DNA of 64,000 nt from positions 87,796 through 151,795 of the forward strand of contig JAYYZJ010000003.1 of the NCBI GenBank assembly GCA_036340075.1, in the 5' to 3' direction. Position 1 is the first letter of the stretch. Each line of letters begins with the position of its first letter. Shown piece after piece: positions 32,251-42,165 of this stretch. Under the pieces are notes generated by a model. It did no database searches. It was not told where the DNA came from and worked only from the letters and a program-made list of their open reading frames with translations. Origin of the DNA: Thermodesulfobacteriota bacterium. GTDB lineage: Bacteria > Desulfobacterota_D > UBA1144. The translations under genes and the position numbers were made by a program.

Positions 32251-33521
32251 TTATAGAAGGTGGTGGTCGCCTTACTGGTTCCGTTGAAATTTCGGGTTCT
32301 AAGAATTCATCCTTGCCAATAATTGCCGCAACGGCATTACATGGCGGCACATACAAAATAAAAAACGTTCCCAATATTAGCGACGTTAAAACAATGCTTT
32401 TGTTGCTTGAAAAGCTAGGGGCTGGTTTTTCGTTTAACAGCGGAACAGTAGAGATAAACACTGAGAGAATTCACAGCTGGGAGGCGCCATATGATTTAGT
32501 TAAAACAATGCGTGCATCTGTGGTAATATGGGGAGCCCTTCTTGGAAGATTTGGCAGAGCAAAAATCTCTCTTCCGGGTGGTTGCGCTATAGGCGATAGA
32601 CCCGTGGATCAACACTTAAAAGGATTTGAGGCTTTGGGGTATAAAACCGATATTGTTTCTGGATACTTGGAGTCTGCCTCTGCTGTTAGCACAGGAGGTT
32701 CTTATAATTTTGAAGTTGTTACAGTTACGGGAACCGAGAATCTTATTTTGGCATCAATATTATCAAACAGTCCCACCGAGCTTAATAATTGTTCAATAGA
32801 GCCTGAGGTTTTAGATTTAATAAAGTTTTTAACTTCTTTAGGTGCGAAAATAGACTTATATGGGAACTCTATTAACATAGAGCCAGTTTCGTCATTGGGG
32901 AAACAGGTTCACCCGCACTATGTAATACCTGATAGGATAGAGGCCGGAACCTTCATGGCGTTAGGCTGTATGCCAGGAAACGAAATAACAATAACGAATT
33001 GCGACCCCGCCGAAATGGATGCCCCGTGTGCTATGCTTGAGAGGATGGGTGCTGTAGTGAGCACTTATGACAAAAGTCGGGCTGAAGGGCCTTCTGTGTT
33101 TGAACTTAAAGTCGTTCCCCCAGATAGAGTTGGGCCACTTGAAATAGAAACAAGCCCTCACCCTGGCTTTCCTACTGACTTACAAGCTCAGTTTATGGCG
33201 CTGTTATGTCTTGCGAGTGGGACCTCTAAAATAACCGAGAACATCTTCCCAAACAGGTTTATCCATGCAGCCGAGTTGAGAAAGCTGGGAGCCAAAATCA
33301 ACCTCGAGGCCAATGTTGCTACTATTTTAGGGGTTGATTCTCTAACGGGAGCAAAAATGCAGGCTAGCGATTTAAGGGCAAGCGCCTCTTTGTTAATAGG
33401 AGCTCTTGCGGCAAAGGGGAAAAGTGAAATTTATAGAATTTATCACCTTGATAGAGGTTATGAATCAATTGATAATAAACTTAAAGAAATAGGAGGGAAG
33501 GTTTGGCGAGAGAAAGAATAA
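32238..33521 (+). CDS. murA: UDP-N-acetylglucosamine 1-carboxyvinyltransferase
   Basis: SGSKNS, MRAS, LPGGCAIGDRPVDQH, PGFPTDLQAQ, DLRASA. Confidence 0.97.
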   Translation: MEKLIIEGGGRLTGSVEISGSKNSSLPIIAATALHGGTYKIKNVPNISDVKTMLLLLEKLGAGFSFNSGTVEINTERIHSWEAPYDLVKTMRASVVIWGALLGRFGRAKISLPGGCAIGDRPVDQHLKGFEALGYKTDIVSGYLESASAVSTGGSYNFEVVTVTGTENLILASILSNSPTELNNCSIEPEVLDLIKFLTSLGAKIDLYGNSINIEPVSSLGKQVHPHYVIPDRIEAGTFMALGCMPGNEITITNCDPAEMDAPCAMLERMGAVVSTYDKSRAEGPSVFELKVVPPDRVGPLEIETSPHPGFPTDLQAQFMALLCLASGTSKITENIFPNRFIHAAELRKLGAKINLEANVATILGVDSLTGAKMQASDLRASASLLIGALAAKGKSEIYRIYHLDRGYESIDNKLKEIGGKVWREKE

Positions 33522-34132
33522 AGCTGGCAATAGCAAAAGGAAGAATTCTTGAACAAGTGCTCTGGCTTATGGATAAGTCTGGCTATTCTACAACCAAAAT
33601 TAGGGCAGCGTCACGAGAACTTGTTGTTGATCTCGACGAGCTAAGAATTCTTATCTGCAAACCAGCTGATGTGCCTAAATATGTTGAGCTTGGAGCCGCA
33701 GATTGTGGCATTGTTGGCTCGGACTGTATAATTGAAGCTGCTTGCGATGTTTATGAGCCCCTTTCTTTACCTATTGGCGAATGCAAAATGGTACTCGCTT
33801 GTCCCAAAGAAAAAGAGCTAGACCTTACCGCTGGGTCAATGTTAACAATTGGAACAAAATATACGAACATAACAAGAAAGTTTTTCGAAACTATAAATAT
33901 TTTCCCGGAAATAATTTATCTTAGCGGTTCTGTTGAACTCGCTGCCGTGATTGGTCTTGCTGATGGAATAGTTGACATAACAGAAACCGGCGAAACAATA
34001 AAAAAAAATAATTTAAAAATAATTAAAACAATTCAAAACATTAACTGTAAATTTATTGTAAACAAATCTAGTCAGAAAACTCTTGGTGATGAAATTAATT
34101 CTCTTGCTTCTGCTTTCGTTAAACAAAAATAA
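33503..34132 (+). CDS. hisG: ATP phosphoribosyltransferase, short form (needs HisZ)
   Basis: AIAKGR, DVPKYVELGAADCG, GSVELA, IVDITETG; no C-terminal regulatory domain. Confidence 0.93.
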   Translation: MARERIKLAIAKGRILEQVLWLMDKSGYSTTKIRAASRELVVDLDELRILICKPADVPKYVELGAADCGIVGSDCIIEAACDVYEPLSLPIGECKMVLACPKEKELDLTAGSMLTIGTKYTNITRKFFETINIFPEIIYLSGSVELAAVIGLADGIVDITETGETIKKNNLKIIKTIQNINCKFIVNKSSQKTLGDEINSLASAFVKQK

Positions 34133-34232
34133 AAAATTTTATTTTTAATCCTTTCTAATTATTGAATAAAAATTTTTAAGAAAAATATTTCCTAGACGAC
34201 TCGTCTTTTATTTGATAATATTAAGCTCTGAG

Positions 34233-34307
34233 TGTGGATAATTTCTTAACTTAACTTGTTCAAATTATTAACATTTTTATCCACATCTTTCCACAAATTG
34301 TGGAAAA
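34233..34307. promoter_or_regulatory. DnaA-box cluster upstream of dnaA
   Basis: TGTGGATAA 34233-41, TTATTAACA 34265-73, TTATCCACA 34277-85, CTTTCCACA 34287-95, TGTGGAAAA 34299-307. Confidence 0.88.
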
Positions 34308-34322
34308 CTCGGGGGTGTTTTA

Positions 34323-35750
34323 ATGGCTGACGAAGCCGACAACTTGCGCAATTTGTCTCAACAAGACCATGTTGACTCAGACTTGGTAGACAAAAATGTT
34401 TTAGCCGCGATGATCGTGGACAATATAGCTGAAAACTATCCTGGCATAACCCATTTTTTTGACACTCTTAAGCTTGTATCGTTAACCGAGTCTGAAGCTT
34501 TTTTTTCTGTTACTGATGTTATGACATCAGAGTGGATAAATAACCACTATATGCACATTTTAGAAAAAGTTTTTAGAGAAGAGTCTGAGGAAGACTTGGG
34601 AATAAAAAAGATTCATGTGGACGCACGTGATGCAACTGTTGCCACCGGAATACATATTAAAAAAGAAAAACCGAAAAAGCGCGGCCTAACAAGGGTAAAA
34701 GAAGGCCAACTTAATGGCAGACAAACTTTTGACAACTTTGTTAAAGGAGCATCAAACACTCTTGCTGGTATTGCTGCAGAGAGGGTGGCGGAAAGACCTG
34801 GTCAATCATATAACCCACTTTTTATTTATGGTAGAACAGGGCTAGGAAAAACCCACCTTTTAAATGCCATAGGAAACAATGTTTACGACAACAATAAAGA
34901 GTTTAAAATTATATCCCTTACGGCTGAACATTTTACTAACCGTGTTGTTTCGGCAATTAGATCAGGAAAACAAAGAGAGCTTAGAGATGCTTTTCGCTTC
35001 GGATGTGATGTTCTTTTGATTGACGACATTCAGTTTATTTCCGGAAAAGAAGGAACACAGCAAGAATTTTTTCACACTTTTAACAACCTTTATGATTTAA
35101 ACAAGCAAATTGTGCTAACTTGCGACAAACCCCCTCACCAACTTTCGGGGATGCAAGAAAGGCTTATTGGGCGCTTTGAGTGGGGGTTCTCTGTAGAGGT
35201 TCTTCCTCCCGACCTAGAACACAGGGTGGCTATTTTGCAAACCAAGGCAAAAACAATGGGTCTTGTTTTAGAAGAAGATGTGCTGTTTAGTGTTGCTGAA
35301 AAATCTGGCGGCTCTATTCGTGAGCTCGAAGGGTTTTTTAACAATGTTGTGGGCCAAGCTGCTATGTTAAATGCCCCGTTAAACAAAAAGCTTGTTAACG
35401 ATGTTGCCTCTAGGCTTTCTTCAAACACCAGTGTTGATATTGTTAACGTGGAATTAATACAAAAAGAGGTTGCGGCCTACTATGGAACAACTATTGCTGA
35501 TATTTGCTCTAAAAAGAGGACCCGGGGTGTTGTTAGGCCCAGACAGGTTGGTATATATTTGTCGCGAGTTTTTACCGACGACTCTCTTTTAGAAATAGGA
35601 AGAAAATTTGGTGGTCGCGATCACTCTACCGTTTTACATTCTGTTGCCACAATTGAGGATCTTTTGGCAAAAAACCCTTCTCAAGAAAACCCCATCCGCA
35701 TTCTTTTGTCTAAAATTCGTAAGATTGCTGGTGGAAAAATTGACGATTAG
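34323..35750 (+). CDS. dnaA: Chromosomal replication initiator
   Basis: YNPLFIYGRTGLGKTHLL, LLIDDIQF, QQEFFHTFN, FGGRDHSTVLH. Confidence 0.98.
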   Translation: MADEADNLRNLSQQDHVDSDLVDKNVLAAMIVDNIAENYPGITHFFDTLKLVSLTESEAFFSVTDVMTSEWINNHYMHILEKVFREESEEDLGIKKIHVDARDATVATGIHIKKEKPKKRGLTRVKEGQLNGRQTFDNFVKGASNTLAGIAAERVAERPGQSYNPLFIYGRTGLGKTHLLNAIGNNVYDNNKEFKIISLTAEHFTNRVVSAIRSGKQRELRDAFRFGCDVLLIDDIQFISGKEGTQQEFFHTFNNLYDLNKQIVLTCDKPPHQLSGMQERLIGRFEWGFSVEVLPPDLEHRVAILQTKAKTMGLVLEEDVLFSVAEKSGGSIRELEGFFNNVVGQAAMLNAPLNKKLVNDVASRLSSNTSVDIVNVELIQKEVAAYYGTTIADICSKKRTRGVVRPRQVGIYLSRVFTDDSLLEIGRKFGGRDHSTVLHSVATIEDLLAKNPSQENPIRILLSKIRKIAGGKIDD

Positions 35751-35915
35751 TGTTGACTTTTTTTTCTTTTTTTAAATAAGTGTTAACTGGTGTTGTTTGG
35801 TGTTAGTTTTTTTTTCACTGTTTTTAGGGTTTTTTTAGTTTGTTAACAAATCAACACACATACTACTACTACTATATATTTAATATATAAATATAATATA
35901 ATAGGAGAAGAAGAG
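35751..35915. other. Putative oriC unwinding region
   Basis: Degenerate DnaA boxes TTGTTAACA/AAATCAACA 35840-56, DnaA-trio-like TACTACTACTACTA 35861-74, pure A/T tract to 35903, between dnaA and dnaN. Confidence 0.82.
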
Positions 35916-37031
35916 ATGAATTTTTCTGTTGACAAAAACCACCTGTTAAAACACTTGTCTTACACCCAAGGAGTGGTTGACTCTAAATCAACAATGATAA
36001 TTTTATCCCACATTTTATTTTCAGCGAAAGATGGCAAACTTTTTCTTTCCTCAACAGACCTAGAGTCATCAACCCACACCTCCCTCCCTGTAAACATAAT
36101 AGAGCCAGGGGATGTTTGTTTACCAGCAAAAAAAATATTAGACATAATAGATAAAATACCGGATAAGGATATAAAAATATCCAAAAACAACTCAAACCAA
36201 ATAGAGATTGATTATAAAAAAGGAAAAACCAAAATCAAATGCTTACCCGCAGAAGACTTTCCACAAATACCAAAACCTAACGATTTTATTTACACAGCAA
36301 TAAAAAGCCAAATGCTAAACGACCTAATACAAAAAACATCTTACTCTATAGGATCAGACGACTTAAGAAAAAATCTAACAGGAATATTTTTTGATATGAC
36401 AAATAGTAAAAAAATCAAACTTGTATCAACTGATGGCCACAGAATGAGCACAGTTGAAGACGACTTTGAAAACAATAGCCAAATAGAGTCCTTTCTTTTG
36501 TCAAAAAAAGCAGCCACTGAGCTAAAAAAGTTTGCTCTAGAGAGCGAGGTTGTTCAAATAGGAACAAACAAAAACTTTTTTATTTGTGACAACGGACAAA
36601 CGTCAATACTCTCAAGGCTGATAGATGTTAAGTTTCCAGACTATGCGCAGGTTGTACCCTCTGCCAAAACAAACACCTTTAGGGTTGACAGAAACGAGAT
36701 GCTCTCTTTACTCCAAAGGGTGTCGGTTGTACTATCGGAAAAAACCAAGGGGGCCCGAATATCAATAGGGCTACAAGAACTTGAAATTAAAACCACGTCA
36801 GACGACGGAGAAACAACAGAGCTTATCAGCATTAAAGAGAGGGCCAGCGAGCAAACGGACGCCGTGCTAGAGGTGGGCTTTAATGTCCGGTATTTAATTG
36901 ACGCACTATCCTCTTTTGCCGAGGAAGAGGTTTCTGTTTGTATAAACGATGAAGTGAGCCCAGCATGTATCTATTCGGAACAAGAAGGCGAAACAAAACA
37001 GTTGGCAGTTATTATGCCAATGAGAGTATAA
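35916..37031 (+). CDS. dnaN: DNA polymerase III beta sliding clamp
   Basis: STDLE, VSTDGHRM, KFPDY, GFNVRYL, VIMPMR; directly after dnaA. Confidence 0.97.
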   Translation: MNFSVDKNHLLKHLSYTQGVVDSKSTMIILSHILFSAKDGKLFLSSTDLESSTHTSLPVNIIEPGDVCLPAKKILDIIDKIPDKDIKISKNNSNQIEIDYKKGKTKIKCLPAEDFPQIPKPNDFIYTAIKSQMLNDLIQKTSYSIGSDDLRKNLTGIFFDMTNSKKIKLVSTDGHRMSTVEDDFENNSQIESFLLSKKAATELKKFALESEVVQIGTNKNFFICDNGQTSILSRLIDVKFPDYAQVVPSAKTNTFRVDRNEMLSLLQRVSVVLSEKTKGARISIGLQELEIKTTSDDGETTELISIKERASEQTDAVLEVGFNVRYLIDALSSFAEEEVSVCINDEVSPACIYSEQEGETKQLAVIMPMRV

Positions 37032-37032
37032 G

Positions 37033-38097
37033 ATGACAAAGAACAACAAAACACTTGCAGCAATAAGAAAAAACATTGACCTGGTAGACAACCAAATATT
37101 AAAACTTTTACTAAAAAGATCTCTGCTTGCCCAGCAAACCACCGGCCTTAAGGGGGATGTGGTGTTTGACCCAAAAAGAGAAAGCGAAATACTCAACAAA
37201 ATAAAGTCCGCCAACAAAGGTCCGATATCAACCAACAGCTTGCAACAAATATACAAAGAAATCCTCTCGGCGTGCAGAGAAGTACAACAGCCCCTTCTCG
37301 TGTCTTATTTGGGACCACAGGGAAGCAATACAAACGAGGCAACCATTAAACTTTTTGGCGAATCGACAACCCTAATGCCCCAAGGCTCTATATCCGATGT
37401 TTTTGCCTCTGTGGAGAAACAAGAAACCAACTTCGGCGTGGTTCCAATTGAAAATTCGCTTGAGGGACCCATAGGTGAAACCCTAGATCGCTTAACCGAC
37501 AGCACGGTAGTTGTCTGTTCTGAAATTTCGCAAAACATAGAACACTGTTTGTTGTCGAAAGAGAAAAATCTAAAAAAAATTACCAAAATAATTTCGCACC
37601 CACAAGCATTGGCCCAAAGCAAAAAATGGATTCAGCGAAACCTGCCAGAGGCCCAAGAAGTGGAGGCGCCGAGCACATCAGGAGCAGCAATATTGGCAAG
37701 AAAAACTAAAAATAGCGCCGCAATCTCTCCAAAAGGCTGCGCAAAAATATATTCACTAAATTTATTAAAAAAGAACATACAAGACGAAAAAAACAACACA
37801 ACTATTTTTATTTTAATAACCAAAGAAACGGAAAAGCCAACACTAGCATCAGCCCAAAAAGTTTCAGTTGCTTTTTCTTTGGACCACAAACCCGGAACGC
37901 TTTATGAATGCCTCCAACCTTTCAGAAATGCAAAAATTAATTTAACCAAAATACAATCTAGACCATCCCGTAAGCTCCAATGGGACTATTTGTTTTTTAT
38001 AGATTTCGTAGTAAGGGGAAAACAAAAAGAGGCGGCTCGTTGCATTGAGAAATTACAAAAAACAACTTCCTACTTTAAAATTTTAGGAGCATTTTAG
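37033..38097 (+). CDS. pheA: Chorismate mutase / prephenate dehydratase
   Basis: N-terminal CM2 domain, YLGPQGS, VPIENSLEG, SHPQALAQ, NLTKIQSRP. Confidence 0.95.
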   Translation: MTKNNKTLAAIRKNIDLVDNQILKLLLKRSLLAQQTTGLKGDVVFDPKRESEILNKIKSANKGPISTNSLQQIYKEILSACREVQQPLLVSYLGPQGSNTNEATIKLFGESTTLMPQGSISDVFASVEKQETNFGVVPIENSLEGPIGETLDRLTDSTVVVCSEISQNIEHCLLSKEKNLKKITKIISHPQALAQSKKWIQRNLPEAQEVEAPSTSGAAILARKTKNSAAISPKGCAKIYSLNLLKKNIQDEKNNTTIFILITKETEKPTLASAQKVSVAFSLDHKPGTLYECLQPFRNAKINLTKIQSRPSRKLQWDYLFFIDFVVRGKQKEAARCIEKLQKTTSYFKILGAF

Positions 38098-38099
38098 AA

Positions 38100-39182
38100 A
38101 TGCCTTCGGAATCTGAACGCATTAAAAATCTGCCAACATATGTTCCAGGAAAGCCAGTAGAAGAGCTACAAAGAGAGCTCGGACTAGAAAGAATAATTAA
38201 GTTAGCGTCTAACGAAAACCCGCATGGACCATCTCCGAAGGTTGTTGAAGCAATAAAAAATCAGGCCCCACAAGTAGGTCTTTACCCTGATGGAAATTGT
38301 TTTTATTTGAAACAAAAAATATCAATACACGAAGAAGTTTTGCCAAACGAAATTACTGTTGGAAACGGTTCAAACGAACTGCTCGAGCTTATATCACACG
38401 CATATTTAAGCAAAGAGGACGAAGCAATTATGGGAGAGTATTGTTTCATTGTTTACCCTATTGTTTCTACCCTTGCTCGGGCAACCATAGTTAGAAGCAA
38501 GATGCCCAACATGTCTCACGACTTAGATGACATGGCAAACAAGATTAATTCAAAAACAAAAGTCGTCTTCCTTGCGAACCCAAATAACCCAACTGGAAGC
38601 AAGGTTCAGCGCGGAGAACTTGAAAGCTTTATAAAAGAAATACCCAAACAAACCGTTGTAGTCATAGATGAAGCATATTGTCAGTACGTGAAGGAAGTCG
38701 ACCGACTTAAGCCCTCAGAAATTATAAAAGAACATAAGAATCTAATTATATTAAAGACTTTTTCAAAAGCCTATGGTCTTGCTGGACTACGTATCGGCTA
38801 TTGTGTTGCAGACAAAGCACTAATAGACTCAATAAACAGAGCGCGCGAGCCCTTTAATGTAAACTCCATAGCCCAAATCGCAGCGATTGAGGCATTGGGA
38901 GACCAAGAGTATATAGGCGAATGTATAAAAAACAACCAAGAAGGAATGGTTTATTTAAAGTCCGAACTAAACAAGCTTTCAATTAAATATTACCCCTCAT
39001 ACGCCAACTTTCTGTTGCTGGAGTTTAAAGCTGAGGCCAGAATAATTTACGAAGAGCTTCTAAAAAGAGGGGTAATTGTTAGGCCCCTAGAGGAGTACGG
39101 CATGAAGAACCACCTGCGTGTTACAATTGGAACGACAGAGGAAAACAAGCTTTTCGTGCAAGCCCTAAAGGAATCAGTTTGA
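38100..39182 (+). CDS. hisC: Histidinol-phosphate aminotransferase
   Basis: KLASNENP, ANPNNPTG, DEAY, TFSKAYGLAGLRIGY. Confidence 0.96.
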   Translation: MPSESERIKNLPTYVPGKPVEELQRELGLERIIKLASNENPHGPSPKVVEAIKNQAPQVGLYPDGNCFYLKQKISIHEEVLPNEITVGNGSNELLELISHAYLSKEDEAIMGEYCFIVYPIVSTLARATIVRSKMPNMSHDLDDMANKINSKTKVVFLANPNNPTGSKVQRGELESFIKEIPKQTVVVIDEAYCQYVKEVDRLKPSEIIKEHKNLIILKTFSKAYGLAGLRIGYCVADKALIDSINRAREPFNVNSIAQIAAIEALGDQEYIGECIKNNQEGMVYLKSELNKLSIKYYPSYANFLLLEFKAEARIIYEELLKRGVIVRPLEEYGMKNHLRVTIGTTEENKLFVQALKESV

Positions 39183-40039
39183 TGAACAAAGACAAAATAG
39201 GAACCATAATGATAGTGGGGTTGGGACATATAGGAGGATCCCTGTCGCTTGCAATTAAAAAAACTTACAAAGACAAAGTAAAAATAATAGGCGTAGACAG
39301 AAACAAAAAAACACTGTTGCAAGCAAAAAAAACAAAAAAGTTCGCTGCGCTTCTTTCCGCTCCAAGGGCCAAAGAAGTCGAAGCCAGCGATGTTATTTTT
39401 TTGTGCGTAAGCATAAAACAAATTCCAACAATATTAAAAAGCTTATCTAAAACGAAATTAAAACAAAACGCAGTAGTAACAGATGTGGTTAGCACAAAAG
39501 AAGAAATACTAAGCCTTGCTAAAAAGTTCTTGCCGAAAAAAACAACTTTTGTTGGTGGCCACCCAATAGCAGGATCAGAGGCAAGCGGCTTTCTCAGCGC
39601 CAACCCCAAGCTTTTTGAAAAAAAGATATTTATTGCCGCAGGCGCAAAAGGAAGAAGGGACGGAATTTTAAAAATAAAGTCAATATGGAAAGGGGTTGGG
39701 AGCAAGGTTGTCAATATGTCTCCCAAAGAACATGACAAAATCTTTTCATTGTTAAGCCACACACCTCATGTTTTGTCTTTTGGTCTCGGAAAAATTACGA
39801 ATTCTAAATTATCAAAAAAGGAAATTGATGGTTATGCTGGCACCAGCTATAAAGATTTAACAAGAATTTCTTCAAGCTCAACCAGCCTTTGGGCAGAGAT
39901 TTTTATGTCAAACAAAAAGAACCTTTTGGCTGACATAGCCTTATTCAAAAGGTATTTGGTTGACCTTGAGAAAGCCATTAGAAAAAACAATAATCGACAG
40001 ATTATAAAGGCAATTAATCAGACAACCCGAAAGCCTTGA
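39182..40039 (+). CDS. tyrA: Prephenate/arogenate dehydrogenase
   Basis: GLGHIGGS, GGHPIAGSE, HD...SHTPH; TGATG overlap with hisC. Confidence 0.92.
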   Translation: MNKDKIGTIMIVGLGHIGGSLSLAIKKTYKDKVKIIGVDRNKKTLLQAKKTKKFAALLSAPRAKEVEASDVIFLCVSIKQIPTILKSLSKTKLKQNAVVTDVVSTKEEILSLAKKFLPKKTTFVGGHPIAGSEASGFLSANPKLFEKKIFIAAGAKGRRDGILKIKSIWKGVGSKVVNMSPKEHDKIFSLLSHTPHVLSFGLGKITNSKLSKKEIDGYAGTSYKDLTRISSSSTSLWAEIFMSNKKNLLADIALFKRYLVDLEKAIRKNNNRQIIKAINQTTRKP

Positions 40040-40104
40040 TTTTTAAGGCAGGCTACTTAATATTTATTTACGCGTTAAAGAATTTCACGGAAGTGGTTTA
40101 ATTA

Positions 40105-42165
40105 ATGAAAGAAGCTATTTTGACATTGTTAGTTGTGTTCGCATTCCTTTTTTTACTCAGGAACGTTTTTGGTTTTTTTAAAATAATGTTGTCCGCCAAA
40201 AGACCAGCAGAAAGACTAGATCAAATAATCAACAGGATTAAGGGAATATTTGTTTACGTTTTAGGACAAAAAAGAATACTTAAAAATTACACCTGGGCAG
40301 GCGTAGAGCACTTCATGTTGTTTTGGGGATTTATGATTATAACATTTGGTTCTTTAGAAGTATTAATAATGGGATATGTGCCAGGTTTTGAAATTTTTGG
40401 TTTCCTAGGAGGTCATGCCCAAGAAGTCTTCCTTCTGATACTCGACATAGTTCAATCTTTGGTAATAGTAGCTCTGATTATGGGAGCCTTAAACCGAACA
40501 GTTATCCCAAGCGGAAAAAGAAGAGAGGTAAACAGCATAGACGCCGTAGTTATTTTAGGGATGATTTTTGGCTTAATGGTTACCGACTTTGGTTTCAGAG
40601 CATCTAAGATTTCAATGGGACTAGAACCATCAGACTGGCTGCCAATCTCTACCCTGTGGGCCTCTTTTTTCTTTTCCAACATTAATGTAACAACCGCTGC
40701 GTTTACAGCAGAGTTTTTTTGGTGGTTCCATGTATGTTTACTTTTAGCTTTTCTTAACTACTTGCCCTACTCAAAACACAGCCATGTTTTGACCGTTGTG
40801 CCGAATATTTTTTTTCAAAACCTAGAACCAAGAGGCAAAATGACAAAAATAGATTTTGAGAATGCGCCAGAAGACCAAGAGCATTTTGGCTCAGGGAAGT
40901 TCGAAGATTTCTCCTGGAAAGACATTCTTGATTCTTACACCTGTACTGAATGTGGAAGATGTACAGACAATTGCCCAGCTTGGGCAACAGACAAATCTCT
41001 TTCCCCGAGAGACATAGTTATTAAGCTAAGACATTTTGCTTCTGAAAATGCAGAAAAAGAAGAAATGACAACAGAGTATTTGCCTAGCGAAGAATGGGTA
41101 ACGCCAGAAGAGCTTTATGCGTGTACAACTTGCAGCGCTTGTGTTGAACAATGTCCATTGTTGATTGATCAGATGGGAAAAATTCTTGAAATGAGACGAT
41201 TTTTAACCATGGAGGGTCAACTTACAGGAACAGCAGTCAGAACACTTCAGAAGCTCCAGAGTCATGGAAACCCCTGGGGTTTTGAAACCAGTGACAGGTC
41301 TCCTTGGGCCAAAGAAGAAGAGGTGCCCGTGCTAGGGAACGGTGGCGGAGACAACGCTGAAGACTATGAAGTAATTTTTTGGACCGGGTGCTTTGGGGCA
41401 TATGACCCAAGAGGACAGGAGGTTGCCCAGACAATATCCCAACTCTTAAAAAAAGCCGGAGTTAGTTTTGCCATAATGGGCCCCAACGAAACTTGTACCG
41501 GAGACCCTGCGAGAAGACTAGGAGAAGAAGCGCTTTTTCAAGAACTAGCAATGACGAATGCAGAAAATTTAAACACATTTAATGTTAAAAAAATAATAGC
41601 AAACTGCCCACACTGTTTTAATACACTTAAAAATGAATATCCAGATTTTGGAGCGAATGTTGAGGTTGTAAGCCACACAGAATTTTTAAACGACCTAATC
41701 AAAGAAGGAAAGCTCTCCCCAACTCATGCAATAGAAGAAGAAATAACTTACCACGACCCATGTTATCTTGGGAGACACAATAGAATATTTGACGAGCCCA
41801 GAGAGGTTTTAGAGGCAATACCAGGATTAAAAATTAAAGAGCTAGAAAGAACTAGAGAAAATAGTTTTTGTTGTGGAGCAGGAGGAGGAAAGGTTTGGAT
41901 GGAAGAAGAAGCCCCAAGGGTTAACTGGAACAGGTTTGAAGAAATTCAAGACCACGGAGTAGAAACCGTAGCTGCCGCTTGCCCATTTTGTAGCACCATG
42001 TTTGAAGATGCAGCCAAATTTCATGGGAATGAAACAATTAAAATTAAAGACATATCAGAGCTTCTCAAAGACTCTATAGATTTGCCGGTTAATAATTCTA
42101 ATTTCAAAGAATTAGCATCAGATTCACCTGAATCAGAAGACAATGACAACACATCTGAAGTCTAG
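40105..42165 (+). CDS. Membrane-bound Fe-S oxidoreductase (FadF/HdrD-like; cytochrome b-like TM region, 4Fe-4S motifs, CCG domains)
   Basis: TM N-terminus with His residues, CTECGRCTDNCP, CTTCSACVEQCP, CPHC, YHDPCYLGR, CCGAGGG, ACPFC. Confidence 0.88.
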   Translation: MKEAILTLLVVFAFLFLLRNVFGFFKIMLSAKRPAERLDQIINRIKGIFVYVLGQKRILKNYTWAGVEHFMLFWGFMIITFGSLEVLIMGYVPGFEIFGFLGGHAQEVFLLILDIVQSLVIVALIMGALNRTVIPSGKRREVNSIDAVVILGMIFGLMVTDFGFRASKISMGLEPSDWLPISTLWASFFFSNINVTTAAFTAEFFWWFHVCLLLAFLNYLPYSKHSHVLTVVPNIFFQNLEPRGKMTKIDFENAPEDQEHFGSGKFEDFSWKDILDSYTCTECGRCTDNCPAWATDKSLSPRDIVIKLRHFASENAEKEEMTTEYLPSEEWVTPEELYACTTCSACVEQCPLLIDQMGKILEMRRFLTMEGQLTGTAVRTLQKLQSHGNPWGFETSDRSPWAKEEEVPVLGNGGGDNAEDYEVIFWTGCFGAYDPRGQEVAQTISQLLKKAGVSFAIMGPNETCTGDPARRLGEEALFQELAMTNAENLNTFNVKKIIANCPHCFNTLKNEYPDFGANVEVVSHTEFLNDLIKEGKLSPTHAIEEEITYHDPCYLGRHNRIFDEPREVLEAIPGLKIKELERTRENSFCCGAGGGKVWMEEEAPRVNWNRFEEIQDHGVETVAAACPFCSTMFEDAAKFHGNETIKIKDISELLKDSIDLPVNNSNFKELASDSPESEDNDNTSEV

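Noticed and set aside
35861..35903. (TAC)n and TATA-rich repeats as a microsatellite or phase-variation tract
   Set aside because: Position and order fit DnaA-trios plus the unwinding element better
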